Positions 37,774 through 48,058 are shown, counted from the stretch's first letter. The stretch is DNA of 64,000 nt from Candidatus Caldarchaeum sp. (GCA_038831915.1 JAWBKB010000001.1:96001-160000), one strand, 5' to 3'. Program-made: numbers and translations. Notes: generated from the sequence alone by a model not told the origin.

Positions 37774-38580
37774 GTGTCCATGGTTGATAGAAGAGAAGCA
37801 GCTGCATCTGGATTAGCGGTCTTCTCTATCGCCTTGATACTGATGGAGTATTTCTTTGAGCTTGGCGTCGATCAATTTTTTGTGATTCTGGTTGTTGATG
37901 GAATCGTTGTCACAGCTTTGTTCGCGGAATTGTTGATGAGAGCCCGTGAATCAGGTCGGCTTGGCGTTTACATGTTACGACATTGGTACGAGGTTTTGGC
38001 GCTGGTTCCGCTGGCATTTTTCTACTTCATCGAAACATACACAGTGCTCGGTGCTTCAATCAGAGCGTTGAGGCTTTCGAGGGCTTTGCGGCTGCTTTTA
38101 GTATTGGCTCGGACGAGGAAAACTCTGAACTATGTGGTCGAAATCGTGAAAATTAGCAGGCTCGGATACTTGTTCGCCGTCTCTGCCGCCATGGTTTTTG
38201 CTGGGACGATTTCCGCTTTCCTCCTCGAAGTAGGTGTAGCGGACTCGAAAATTAGAGACCTAGGGGACGCGTTTTGGTGGGCCTTAGCAACGGTTACGAC
38301 CGTCGGCTACGGCGATGTTGTCCCTGTCACGCCTTTAGGACGCGTGATCGGCTCAATACTCATGATTACGGGAATCGCTATACTCGGCGTCTTCATCTCC
38401 TCGCTCGGCTCCACTTTATTGTCGATTTCAAAACCACCGACGTCGCCGCTTCAAGAAATGAAAGATTTTGTGAAAAACAAGGTCGACATCATCGAGAACT
38501 TATCAGAGAAGGATGTAAACGAGCTGGTGGAATTAATAAGAATGCTTCACGCTATCAATTCAAGTAGGTCCGGCAGATAG
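37774..38580 (+). CDS. Voltage-gated potassium channel (6TM)
   Basis: S4 RALRLSRALR; selectivity filter TVTTVGYGD. Confidence 0.93.
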   Translation: MSMVDRREAAASGLAVFSIALILMEYFFELGVDQFFVILVVDGIVVTALFAELLMRARESGRLGVYMLRHWYEVLALVPLAFFYFIETYTVLGASIRALRLSRALRLLLVLARTRKTLNYVVEIVKISRLGYLFAVSAAMVFAGTISAFLLEVGVADSKIRDLGDAFWWALATVTTVGYGDVVPVTPLGRVIGSILMITGIAILGVFISSLGSTLLSISKPPTSPLQEMKDFVKNKVDIIENLSEKDVNELVELIRMLHAINSSRSGR

Positions 38581-38584
38581 CGAA

Positions 38585-39715
38585 ATGTCGACTGGTCTCA
38601 GAATTGTGTTGATAATCGGGCTTCTGTCGCTTTTTGGCGACTTTGTCTACGAAGGCGGACGCTCAGTATTGCCGGACTACATGCGTCAACTCGGAATGAA
38701 CGCCTTCCTCATCGGATTGGTCCTCGGCTTCGCCGAATTCGCGGGATGGGCTGTGAGGCCTTTGGGCGGATACATCGCCGACCGAACTAGGAAATACGCT
38801 TTGATGGTGCGGCTTGGATACGCAGGTCTGATCATCATACCCTTGATGGGAGTTTTTCCAGTGTGGTGGGCCATCGCCATATTCGCGGTATTGGAGAGAA
38901 TATTCAGAGGGTTGCGAACCCCTCCGAGGGACGCGATGCTGGCGAAGTTGAGAGGAAACGTGGGTTTGGGAACAACGTTTGGCATACACGAGCTTCTTGA
39001 CCAAGTTGGTGCGGCTGCAGGACCGTTACTGGCCATCGCCGTTCTCGCAGCCTTCCAGTCCACGCAGTACGTATTCTTCTTTATGGCGATCCCATACATC
39101 GCATTGCTTATTACATTGACCCGTGTTCCAAACTACAAAGAACCATTTAATATCAAACCGGAAATCAAGCCTTCCAGAGCCGTGGCGCTTTATTCCGCTG
39201 CCGCAGGCTTTAACGCGGCTGGACTTTTGCCGCTTCCGTTAGTCCTTTTCATGGTGTCAGTGGTAGAAGGAGAAGGTTCATGGCTAGTTCCCGCTGCCTA
39301 CACACTGGCTATGGTCATAGACGCTGTCGCGGGTCTAGTGTTTGGAAGAGCATTCGACAGATGGGGTGCTTCGGTTGTTCTAACGGCGGTCGCCGTGTCG
39401 ATTTTCCCACCTCTTCTTATCTATTCATCCACAAACCTGTTGATGTTGGCGGCGTTGTTGATAGGCATGGTCATCGGAGCTCAAGAATCGATTTTCAGGG
39501 CTGCGGTCGCTCATCTTTCAAACAAAAGCGGTTTGAGCTATGCTTACGCGTTATATGGTCTGGGGTTGGGAACGGGGGGAGCAGTCGCGGGAATCATCTA
39601 CGGCTACATGATACAGATAAACGCACCGATAGCTTTCATGTTTCTTTATGCAGTCGTTGCACAAACAGCTGCGGCAACACTACTGGTAAAAATATTCAGA
39701 ATGAGCAAGAGTTAA
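38585..39715 (+). CDS. MFS transporter
   Basis: D.VYEG.RS, G.IADRT, R.PPRDA; about 12 TMs. Confidence 0.88.
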   Translation: MSTGLRIVLIIGLLSLFGDFVYEGGRSVLPDYMRQLGMNAFLIGLVLGFAEFAGWAVRPLGGYIADRTRKYALMVRLGYAGLIIIPLMGVFPVWWAIAIFAVLERIFRGLRTPPRDAMLAKLRGNVGLGTTFGIHELLDQVGAAAGPLLAIAVLAAFQSTQYVFFFMAIPYIALLITLTRVPNYKEPFNIKPEIKPSRAVALYSAAAGFNAAGLLPLPLVLFMVSVVEGEGSWLVPAAYTLAMVIDAVAGLVFGRAFDRWGASVVLTAVAVSIFPPLLIYSSTNLLMLAALLIGMVIGAQESIFRAAVAHLSNKSGLSYAYALYGLGLGTGGAVAGIIYGYMIQINAPIAFMFLYAVVAQTAAATLLVKIFRMSKS

Positions 39716-39743
39716 TTGCCGCTAAATTACTTCCATACCACAA

Positions 39744-40694
39744 ATGCTGAATTTGCACACTGTATACTACGCGAAGAAAATCATCGGCAAATACTTGAAA
39801 CCAACGCCGTTGATGTACTCCAAAGGACTTTCTCGCAAACTCGGTGCTGAAATCTACTTTAAGCTGGAAAACCACAACCCCACTCATTCATTCAAGATAA
39901 GGGGAGGAATCTATTTAATGAATCAGCTACGTGACAAGGTTCGCGGTGTTGTAACCGCCTCGATGGGTAACCACGCTCAGTCAATTGCGTATGCGGGTTT
40001 GGTTTTCGGGGTCTACACGGTCGTGGTGATGCCGGACTGGGTTTCTGAAATAAAGAAACAAGCCGTGGAAGAGCTTGGAGCGAAAATCATTACGTATGGT
40101 TCTTACTATGACGAATCAGCTGCATACGCCGAAAAATACGCAAAGGAACATGGGCTCTATTTTGTCGACGGAATAAACGAAGAAAACCTATACCCAGGCG
40201 TGGCCACTATGCATCTAGAAGTAGTTGAAGAGCTGCCGGACCTGGATGTTTTCATCAACCCATTAGGCGGAGGTTCAGGCGCGATTGGAGCTGTGACGGT
40301 GTATAAATCGATAAACCCATCCATCAAGCTTTATGCAGTCCAGTCCGAAGGAGCCCCCGCGTTCTACCTATCCTGGAAAAGTGGGAAATTGGTGTCGACG
40401 GATGGAGTGAAAACCAGGGCTGAAGGCCTTGCCGTGGCAAAAGCATACGCTCGGCCTTTCGAGCTTCTAAGAAACAAGCTGGATGATGTTTTGCTCGTTT
40501 CGGACGATGAAATGGAGAGAGCGGTGGTGGAAATTTATCAGTCAGTCCGGGAAGTAGCCGAACTTGCCGGAGCCGCTTCAACCGCCGCCGCATTCAAATA
40601 CGCGGAGCTGCTTAGAGGCAAAACCGTTGTTCTCAACCTGACCGGCGCAAACATCGATCACAGAAAGTTTGCAGAAATCTTGTCTAAACATTAG
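39744..40694 (+). CDS. PLP-dependent threonine/serine dehydratase family protein
   Basis: KLEN.NPT.SFKIRG, ASMGNHAQ, GGGSG, TGAN. Confidence 0.88.
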   Translation: MLNLHTVYYAKKIIGKYLKPTPLMYSKGLSRKLGAEIYFKLENHNPTHSFKIRGGIYLMNQLRDKVRGVVTASMGNHAQSIAYAGLVFGVYTVVVMPDWVSEIKKQAVEELGAKIITYGSYYDESAAYAEKYAKEHGLYFVDGINEENLYPGVATMHLEVVEELPDLDVFINPLGGGSGAIGAVTVYKSINPSIKLYAVQSEGAPAFYLSWKSGKLVSTDGVKTRAEGLAVAKAYARPFELLRNKLDDVLLVSDDEMERAVVEIYQSVREVAELAGAASTAAAFKYAELLRGKTVVLNLTGANIDHRKFAEILSKH

Positions 40695-40736
40695 CCTAAA
40701 TACTGGAGTTGAAATTCTATCGTCGGTGTCGACATC

Positions 40737-41072
40737 ATGGGTAAGCGGAAGATAGTGTCGGAGCCTGACGAGCTCGACCAGTTGGTTGAGCCAGGGCCAG
40801 GCGACGTCTACGGTGTGGTGAGCAAGATGTATGGCTATGACCGGTTGTTGGTCGACTGTGCAGACGGCAAGCAAAGGATTTGCCGAATCCGTGGCCAGCT
40901 CAAACGTAGAATATGGATTAAGGAAGGTGATTTGGTTCTTGTTTCGCCTTGGGATTTTCAGAGTGAAAGCCGAGGCGATGTTTGGTGGCGGTTCACTCAC
41001 AACCAAGCACTCGAACTCGCAAAAAAAGGCGTAATCCCTGATTTTTTGAAGGCGAAGCTCGGCGCGTCTTAG
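40737..41072 (+). CDS. eif1a: Translation initiation factor aIF-1A
   Basis: C.DGK.R.CRI.G..KRRIWI.EGD.VLV.PWDFQ. Confidence 0.95.
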   Translation: MGKRKIVSEPDELDQLVEPGPGDVYGVVSKMYGYDRLLVDCADGKQRICRIRGQLKRRIWIKEGDLVLVSPWDFQSESRGDVWWRFTHNQALELAKKGVIPDFLKAKLGAS

Positions 41073-42658
41073 TTAACGTCGATGAGTTTAGTTACGACTC
41101 CTATTCCTTTTGTTTTGCCTTCTCGGAAAACAAATTTGTCTCCGACCCTAATGAAAAACGGCCGGTATTTGAAGCGCATTTCCACTTTGCCTGATTCGCC
41201 TGCTTTTAGATATTGTTTGTCGAGCATTTTTAGGCGTGCTGTGGATGCTATTGTGTGGATGTGGACGATTGGTTCGTAGCCGTCCCCTATTCTCGTGGGA
41301 TGCGAAAGGACTGTGATGTCGGCCTCGAAGGACCACACACTTCTGGGGCTGAGTGCGGGGTCGCAGAGAATCATGCCTCTTTCAAGCAATTCCTCTTTGA
41401 TGCCTTTTATGGCTATTCCGACGATGTATCCTGGCTCGGCCTCCGTCAGCCGTGTATAGTGCATCTCAATGCTTCTCGCCTTCACTGGGATAAACTGACC
41501 GGCACGGGTTGGGCCCACGAGCAAATCAGCTCCCGCAGACAAGCTTCCCTGCTTAACGGAGCCCGAAACAACGCTTCCAACTCCTTCTACGTTGTAGACA
41601 CGGTCAATGTATAGCAGAAACGGCATGTCTTTTCGTTTCGTTCTCGGCGGCAGCCTGCGGAGAAGTGTGTAGACAAGGTCGTATCCCGTCCTTGTAACTG
41701 ACGATGTTTTAATTACAGGGACTATGACTGAAATCTTATCGACTACGAGGTCGATGTCTTGCTCGGTTTTGACGGCGTAAGGCACTCGGCCTACTCTTTT
41801 CAGCAGACTGAATATTTCTTCCTCCGCTTCATCTGTTCTGGCGGGGTCGACTTTGTCGGTTTTTGTGATAACTACTATAACTGGTAGACCCATCGCTAAC
41901 ATGATGCCGAGATGCTCTCTGGAAATGTGTGTTGGGCCGTCGTCGGCAGCCACGATTAGAATTCCGTAATCGATTTCCTGTCCGAGAATTCCTCTTATCG
42001 TGGTTCTCAGCCACGGCTCGTGTCCAACGGTGTCGACGAAACTAACGAGTTTGTCTGATTCGCTTGTCACTCGGATTCTCTCAGATTTGTCGAGAGGATT
42101 TTTCATGAGGTTCGGTGTGGAGCCTTTGAACCCGAGAACTATGAAATGCAAATCCGCTGACAAATTTCTCTCCACTTCATGAGGTAGCGTGTCCAAATAG
42201 AGCCATTTGTTACCATCATCTTTTTCGCCTGTAATTAGGCATGCGAGGAATGTCGATTTGCCGTGGTTAACGTGCCCCGCGACAGAAACCACGATATGGT
42301 TAGCGCTTGGCCTCGACCGCATCGAGATGATGACGCGTGAAATCACGCCGCCGTTTGACTCGAACTTCTCCACTCTGTCTATTGTCGCGCCGCATTCAGA
42401 AGCCACCTGCCTCAGAACGCTCAGGCTTTCTTCGAGCTCGTATTCGGAAATGCCGGCCGCTGAACCATCGTCCTTAACCCCCACTACGTAGACAGCGGTT
42501 CCATCGCCGCTTTCCAAACGATACTTCATCTGGCTAGCGAGCTTCTGCTTCTTTTCAGTCCGGAGATGTATTTCGGGAATAAGCTTCTCCTTAAACTCGA
42601 TATGCTGTTTTTCAGCTTTGGGAAGTGAAAACCGCCGGCCCTCGGTCAATCCAAACAA
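41069..42658 (-). CDS. Archaeal GTPBP (GTPBP1/2-like translational GTPase)
   Basis: N-terminal IEFK/RL..G.G.A.Y..GV.DDG domain; GHVNHGKST, DTVGHE, TKTD; EF-Tu domains II/III; FREG.TKG.G. Confidence 0.9.
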   Translation of the reverse strand: MFGLTEGRRFSLPKAEKQHIEFKEKLIPEIHLRTEKKQKLASQMKYRLESGDGTAVYVVGVKDDGSAAGISEYELEESLSVLRQVASECGATIDRVEKFESNGGVISRVIISMRSRPSANHIVVSVAGHVNHGKSTFLACLITGEKDDGNKWLYLDTLPHEVERNLSADLHFIVLGFKGSTPNLMKNPLDKSERIRVTSESDKLVSFVDTVGHEPWLRTTIRGILGQEIDYGILIVAADDGPTHISREHLGIMLAMGLPVIVVITKTDKVDPARTDEAEEEIFSLLKRVGRVPYAVKTEQDIDLVVDKISVIVPVIKTSSVTRTGYDLVYTLLRRLPPRTKRKDMPFLLYIDRVYNVEGVGSVVSGSVKQGSLSAGADLLVGPTRAGQFIPVKARSIEMHYTRLTEAEPGYIVGIAIKGIKEELLERGMILCDPALSPRSVWSFEADITVLSHPTRIGDGYEPIVHIHTIASTARLKMLDKQYLKAGESGKVEMRFKYRPFFIRVGDKFVFREGKTKGIGVVTKLIDVN

Positions 42659-42661
42659 CCG

Positions 42662-42892
42662 TCAATGCATCACAATCAACGAAACCACTGATGTAATGTT
42701 TTCAATCTTCTTAACCCGGTTGTTAACTACCTGTTTCAACCCCTCCATCGATTCAGCTTCAACCTTAACCACGGTGTCGTAAACGCCGTAAACTCTCTGA
42801 GCTTCCTTAACCTCTTTGATTGAACGCAGAAGGCTCAGAACCTCATCCTCTTTACCCGGCCTTACGTTGAGAAGGAGAAAAGCAATAGGCAT
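42662..42892 (-). CDS. Stand-alone Lrp/AsnC ligand-binding (RAM) domain protein
   Basis: AFLLLNV.PG.E..V, VYGVYD.VVKVE; no HTH. Confidence 0.88.
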   Translation of the reverse strand: MPIAFLLLNVRPGKEDEVLSLLRSIKEVKEAQRVYGVYDTVVKVEAESMEGLKQVVNNRVKKIENITSVVSLIVMH

Positions 42893-42945
42893 ACACTCGC
42901 CCGTCTATACAATGCTCCAGCTTGTATAAATATTTGTAAAAAAAG

Positions 42946-43311
42946 CTACTTGAATTTGTACCCGCAAAAGTAACACACTGCTGCGTCGACTTCGTTGAGA
43001 GCTCGACAGCTGGGACAGTGGAAAGACGTTACAAGCTTGATCTCCTCTTTCTTCTTTCTTTCGCGTTCTTCAACGGGTGTCGGAAGGCAAACAAGTGTTT
43101 CGACTTGGACAACATTCGGCTGCTTAGAGACAATCTCATAAACCCTTTGTGATAGTTCGTCTAAACTCGATGCTGAAACAAAGAGAACTGCGTCAAACCT
43201 TCCGAAAACGCTGTGGGCCTGAATTACTCCCGGCATGGTTCTCATCGACACTATTTGATGGGAGGTGCCTGGCTCGGTTCTGACCAGAACGTAGGCAAAA
43301 ACCTTCGTCAT
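42946..43311 (-). CDS. RAM-domain protein with C-terminal zinc ribbon
   Basis: AYVLV...PG, VFGRFD; C-terminal CPSC...CYFCG. Confidence 0.85.
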   Translation of the reverse strand: MTKVFAYVLVRTEPGTSHQIVSMRTMPGVIQAHSVFGRFDAVLFVSASSLDELSQRVYEIVSKQPNVVQVETLVCLPTPVEERERKKKEEIKLVTSFHCPSCRALNEVDAAVCYFCGYKFK

Positions 43312-43571
43312 CGCTTATTCCCGCTAAACATCACAATACACGTTTCTGTTTTCAGCACGTTAGGGATTTTCTCGATAACTTTGTACAAAACCTGCGAAAG
43401 CGTCTCCAAATTTTCGACTTCGAGAGTTATTATGGCATCGTAGCGTCCAAAAACAGAGTCCGCTGCTACGACTCCTTTAACCTCGGATGCTTTTTTGAGG
43501 AAGTTGACGATGTCTTCGGACGTGCCGGGCTTAGCCGAAACCAGAACATATGCCTTTACCATCTGTTTCAC
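43308..43571 (-). CDS. Stand-alone RAM-domain protein
   Basis: AYVLV...PG, VFGRYDAI, KTET; GTGA overlap with glnA. Confidence 0.88.
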   Translation of the reverse strand: MKQMVKAYVLVSAKPGTSEDIVNFLKKASEVKGVVAADSVFGRYDAIITLEVENLETLSQVLYKVIEKIPNVLKTETCIVMFSGNKR

Positions 43572-45016
43572 ACATCGAAGTAGAGGTAGAACTCATAGGG
43601 ATGTGGCTTCGTAGTGACGTCGATAAACGATTTCAGCTGAAGCTCCGTCATGGTATCGATCAAGTCATTGGTGAAAACCGGTTTGAGGAATTCGCTATCG
43701 CTTAAAAGCTCTTCGACTGCTTCGCGGAGAGACCCAGGCAGCTCACGTATGCCAAGCTGTTTACGTCTTTCCGGGTCTAACTTGTAAATATCCTCGTTCA
43801 CCGGGTCGCCTGGGTCGATTTTCTTTTTTATTCCGTCGGCGCCGGCGGCAGCCATGGCTGCAAAGCAGAAGTACGGGTTGCATGACGGGTCGGGTGTCCT
43901 AAATTCGATGCGCTTGCTTTTACTGTTCTGCTTACCCCTATAATAGACCGGTACTCGGACGTTCGCCGACCTGTTAGCTCGGCTCCATGCTATGAAGACG
44001 GGTGCTTCGTATCCGGGCACGAGTCTACGGTATGAGTTTGTTGTCGGGTTTGTGATTGCGGTTAACGCTCTGCTGTGTTCGAGAAGTCCGCCGATGAAGT
44101 ATCTGCCTGTTTGGCTGAGCTCGGCGTAGGAATCGTTTTCGTCGTAGAATGTGTTTACGCCATCTTTCCAAAGGCTGACGTGAACATGCATGCCTGAAGC
44201 GTTATCTCCAAAAATCGGCTTCGGCATAAAAGTCGCGACCATTCCCATGGAGCTGGCAACTACCCTCGAAACGTATTTGTACGTCTGAGCTTTGTCAGCC
44301 ATTCGTCTCAATGTGTCGAACCGCATGTCGATTTCGCACTGACCCGCAGTCGCGACCTCGTGGTGATGACCTTCAATTTCGACGCCGAAGAAATCAGTCA
44401 GTATTCTGCTGACTTCATTGCGGTAGTCCATCAACGTGTCCTGAGGCGGCGCAGGGTAATAGCCTTCTTTGAACCGTATCGGGTAGCTGTTGCCTCCGCT
44501 ATTCCACGCAGCTTCTCGTGATTCAATTTTGTAGCTGACGCCTTCGAAAGGAGATTTGACGTCCCAGTGAACTTTGTCGAAGACGAAGAATTCGATTTCA
44601 GGGCCCCAGTAAGACGCGTCGAAACCAAGAGCTTTCAAAGCTTCCTCTGCTTTTTGCGCGACGAACCTAGGGTCTCTGCTAAACCTTCCACCACCAAACC
44701 CTCTGTAAACATCGCAAATCATACGCGCCGTCTTCTTGTCGTCGGAAGTCCATGGAAGAATCGCGAACGTCGACGGGTCTGGCTTCAAAACCATGTCGGA
44801 TTCATAGATTTCGCTGAAACCCCGGAGCGATGAGCCGTCAAGCTTTGCGACTCCGTTTTCGAAAACATCTTCCTTCAACGAACTGGCGCTGATGGTGATG
44901 TGATGTAGCTTTCCCGGGACGTCGGTGAGCTGGAGGTCGATGTACCTAATGCCATGTCGCTGGACGAAGTCGATCACTTCTATCGACGATGCCGGAAACT
45001 TTTTACCACCTTCCAT
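43568..45016 (-). CDS. glnA: Glutamine synthetase type I
   Basis: DGSS..GF, GPE.EFF, HHEVATAGQ.E, FMPKP..GDN.SGMH.H, RLVPGYEAP, RIE.R.PD. Confidence 0.97.
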   Translation of the reverse strand: MEGGKKFPASSIEVIDFVQRHGIRYIDLQLTDVPGKLHHITISASSLKEDVFENGVAKLDGSSLRGFSEIYESDMVLKPDPSTFAILPWTSDDKKTARMICDVYRGFGGGRFSRDPRFVAQKAEEALKALGFDASYWGPEIEFFVFDKVHWDVKSPFEGVSYKIESREAAWNSGGNSYPIRFKEGYYPAPPQDTLMDYRNEVSRILTDFFGVEIEGHHHEVATAGQCEIDMRFDTLRRMADKAQTYKYVSRVVASSMGMVATFMPKPIFGDNASGMHVHVSLWKDGVNTFYDENDSYAELSQTGRYFIGGLLEHSRALTAITNPTTNSYRRLVPGYEAPVFIAWSRANRSANVRVPVYYRGKQNSKSKRIEFRTPDPSCNPYFCFAAMAAAGADGIKKKIDPGDPVNEDIYKLDPERRKQLGIRELPGSLREAVEELLSDSEFLKPVFTNDLIDTMTELQLKSFIDVTTKPHPYEFYLYFDV

Positions 45017-45168
45017 ATAATTTCACCATCATCACGAATGCATTTTACGCAAAAAGCCAATATTTAATCTTAAAGTTTGGCGGAACGACAACAAAAAAAC
45101 CGAATATTGGCAAAAAGACGCTTCGAAACTTTTTTAGGGTTTTTAAATTGGCGTAGAACACGGGAAAT

Positions 45169-45522
45169 ATGTCCACTATCGCCATCGGAGTAATTTTCTT
45201 GCTATCCGTTGGCTCGCTCGCGGGTGGACTTGCTATGAATTTCGGTTTGGTAGGACGTTCAGAATTGGTTGTTTTAGGTCATTCGGGGCTCGGAGCTATG
45301 ATAATTTTGCTTAATATCGCAGTAATTAGTGCTCTGCGAAAACAACGGCCTAAAGTTGTTTCGGATTTGTCCTTTCTCCTGTTTCTTACAATTCTCCAGA
45401 CGTTTGCCGGAATTCTCATGTTTGCTGAAATTGAGTTAGCGTCTCTTGTTCATTTAGTTCTTTCATTTTTCGTCGCGGCATCAGCAGCAAGCTGTTTGAT
45501 TATTGCTGCCTCTGGTTCTTAG
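45169..45522 (+). CDS. Four-TM hypothetical membrane protein
   Basis: Hydrophobic ORF with His residues in TM2 and TM4. Confidence 0.55.
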   Translation: MSTIAIGVIFLLSVGSLAGGLAMNFGLVGRSELVVLGHSGLGAMIILLNIAVISALRKQRPKVVSDLSFLLFLTILQTFAGILMFAEIELASLVHLVLSFFVAASAASCLIIAASGS

Positions 45523-45929
45523 CGATTTTTGACGGCGTAGAAAACAAGACCCGACACGGCCACAACTAGAACATGGGCGCCAGTGCACAGCAAACAGAGA
45601 GCGTCGATCAACACAATCTCAACATAAACGAGAACGGCTACGGCCGCCAACCCAACGAAAGACCAAAAGGTCATGAATTTTGCGGCTTTTTTCCTTTCAC
45701 CAGCGAGAAAAAGCGCGGATGACGCAAGCGCGAACCACACGACTCCATAAAACGCCGTGGGCACTCCGAGAAAGTAAGCGTAAGGACTTGAAAGCACCTT
45801 ATCACATGAAATGAAGCTAGATATTTCGCAAAACTGCGGCGCGGGCAGAAGAGTCAGATACATGGAGAGAACGAGGCCCACAATAGAAAGTGCCGACGCA
45901 ATGTAGAAAATCTTCATACGCTCGCTCAC
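45519..45929 (-). CDS. Vitamin K epoxide reductase (VKOR) family protein
   Basis: CEISSFISC loop cysteines, S.YA..LGVP, CLLC active site. Confidence 0.92.
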   Translation of the reverse strand: MSERMKIFYIASALSIVGLVLSMYLTLLPAPQFCEISSFISCDKVLSSPYAYFLGVPTAFYGVVWFALASSALFLAGERKKAAKFMTFWSFVGLAAVAVLVYVEIVLIDALCLLCTGAHVLVVAVSGLVFYAVKNR

Positions 45930-46528
45930 TGTCTCAATGCTTTTTCGATTTCGTTTGCGAGTATCTCGTAGCTTTGCTCGCCTTCAAGTTTCGTGATTAT
46001 TTTTCCGTCGGGACTTATGACGAAATATGTCGGCGTGCCTCTAACACCGTATAATCGGAAAACGTCCAAATTTTGGTCATACACAACCTGCCAATCCACA
46101 CCGTGTTCTCGAAGGTATGCAGCGGTTTTCTCTGTGTTTGTGTTGTATCCACCGGCCACGGTGAGGAACATAACTCCTCTGTCCCTGTAATTTTCATGAA
46201 GCCGGTCTATGACCGGCGCCATCCTTCTACAGAAACCGCACCATTCATGCAGAAAATCAATAAACACGACTTTCCCTGTTGAAGGTTCGAAGTTTAGTTT
46301 CTCGTTTCTTAAACCTGTTGAATCTATCAGGTTGAGCGAGAAGGGCTTCGCGGTCTCTCCCGGCCGTACAGTAGTTTGACCAGATGTCGGCGTCGGTGAA
46401 ACGATGTTGGCAGCAGGTGGAGTCACAACTAAATAAATAATAAACGCCACCAGCAGCGCCGCTGGAATCAAAGCAAGATAAATGCCGTAAGACTTTCGGG
46501 GTTTCGGCTTCTGTTTCTTTTGAGGCAT
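45926..46528 (-). CDS. Membrane-anchored TlpA-like thioredoxin
   Basis: N-terminal TM, WCGFC, GTPT. Confidence 0.9.
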   Translation of the reverse strand: MPQKKQKPKPRKSYGIYLALIPAALLVAFIIYLVVTPPAANIVSPTPTSGQTTVRPGETAKPFSLNLIDSTGLRNEKLNFEPSTGKVVFIDFLHEWCGFCRRMAPVIDRLHENYRDRGVMFLTVAGGYNTNTEKTAAYLREHGVDWQVVYDQNLDVFRLYGVRGTPTYFVISPDGKIITKLEGEQSYEILANEIEKALRQ

Positions 46529-46611
46529 CTAGCCATATCACACCCCACTCAGATATAAACCATTTCAAGTATATCGGTGACAGTTATAATACAGACGGAA
46601 ACGCACCTGTC

Positions 46612-48024
46612 ATGGACTTGCAGGGAAGGAGGTTTTTGATTCTCGGGCTGCTGATCGGAATTTTCCTAGCAGCCATCGATTCAACGGTTGTGGCTATCGC
46701 GATGCCGACAATAGCCTCCTCTCTGCGAGGCCTCGAAATCTACAGCTGGACATTCACAGCCTACATTCTCACCTCTACAGTGACAGGGCCTCTATGGGGC
46801 CGTGTAAGCGACATTTACGGCAGAAAGCCGGTATATATCCTGGGGCTTGTTGTTTTTCTCGGCGGCAGCCTCCTCTGCGGAATTGCGACCGACATGGTGC
46901 AGCTCGTGTTATTTCGGGGAATCCAAGGACTTGGAGGAGGCGCGCTACTAATATTGACATTCACAATCATCGGAGAGATTTTCAGCCTGAAAGAAAGAGC
47001 GAAAGCCACGGGTTTAACGTCTAGTGTTTGGGCTTTAGCAAGCATCGTTGGGCCTCCGCTTGGCGGAATAATCGTTGACAGCGTGGGATGGCGATGGATA
47101 TTTCTCATTAACATTCCACTGGGTATGTTCTGCATTTTGATAGCTTTGAAAAACATCGGCACAACCACCAGAACAGATTCGAAAATCGACGTTGTCGGGT
47201 CTTTGTTCTTCCTCGGCGGAGCCTCTTCCCTGCTTCTCTTTTTGACAGAGTTTGAAATCTTGGGTGCGTCTTCATCGCTTCTCCTTCTGTTTTCAGGTGC
47301 TTTCCTCGGCATGTTCGTTGTAAACGAAAGAAGAAGTGATTTTCCACTCATTCCTTTCAAGTTGTTTAGAGAAAAAGCACTCAGAGTAGGATTTATCGGC
47401 AATCTCTTAGCCGGCTTCATTTTCTTTGGAATAATCGCTTACATGCCGCTTTACCTGCAAGTCGTTCTATCTTATTCTGCGACTGCTTCGGGAATCCTTT
47501 TGCTGCCACTTGTAGTGGGATGGGTTGCCGGGGCCAATGTTGCTTCACGAATCGTGATAAAGAGTTCGATAAAATGGCCTGCGCTCGGCAGCGGTCTTTC
47601 ATTGCTCACGGGCACGCTTCTTTTATCGCTTCTCTCATACAATGAATTGCTATTACTTGTTGGATTTGTTTTCGTCGGCCTCGGCATGGGATTCACCGTG
47701 TCAACCTTCCTAATAGCGACACAGACTCTTCTACCGAGGACGATGCTTGGCGTCGGCACGTCATTGCTCAGCTTCCTACGACTACTTGGAGGAGCCGTTT
47801 CAGCCGCCGTCCTCTGGATACCTATCGGAAGCCTCGTCAGACTGTATAACATCGAATCAGCGGCGGAAATAGTTCTCTCAGAGACCGACAAAGCGGCTTT
47901 TACTTTTGGCATAACTCTTTCAATTTATTTAACTGCTGTGGCCGCCGCCTTGGCTATGCTGATTTATCTGTTTACCCCTGACGTCAAGCTATCGCAGTCG
48001 TCTGGAAAATCCGAAAACCGTTAA
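46612..48024 (+). CDS. MFS drug:H+ antiporter (DHA2, 14-TM)
   Basis: D.TVV..AMPTI, GRVSD.YGRK, RGIQG.GGG, WRWIF.INIP. Confidence 0.9.
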   Translation: MDLQGRRFLILGLLIGIFLAAIDSTVVAIAMPTIASSLRGLEIYSWTFTAYILTSTVTGPLWGRVSDIYGRKPVYILGLVVFLGGSLLCGIATDMVQLVLFRGIQGLGGGALLILTFTIIGEIFSLKERAKATGLTSSVWALASIVGPPLGGIIVDSVGWRWIFLINIPLGMFCILIALKNIGTTTRTDSKIDVVGSLFFLGGASSLLLFLTEFEILGASSSLLLLFSGAFLGMFVVNERRSDFPLIPFKLFREKALRVGFIGNLLAGFIFFGIIAYMPLYLQVVLSYSATASGILLLPLVVGWVAGANVASRIVIKSSIKWPALGSGLSLLTGTLLLSLLSYNELLLLVGFVFVGLGMGFTVSTFLIATQTLLPRTMLGVGTSLLSFLRLLGGAVSAAVLWIPIGSLVRLYNIESAAEIVLSETDKAAFTFGITLSIYLTAVAAALAMLIYLFTPDVKLSQSSGKSENR

Positions 48025-48058
48025 AAAGGTCTTTATCATCCCGCTTTCTCATTCATTC

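Noticed and set aside
45519-46528. VKOR plus thioredoxin pair as a novel system
   Set aside because: Well-known disulfide-formation module
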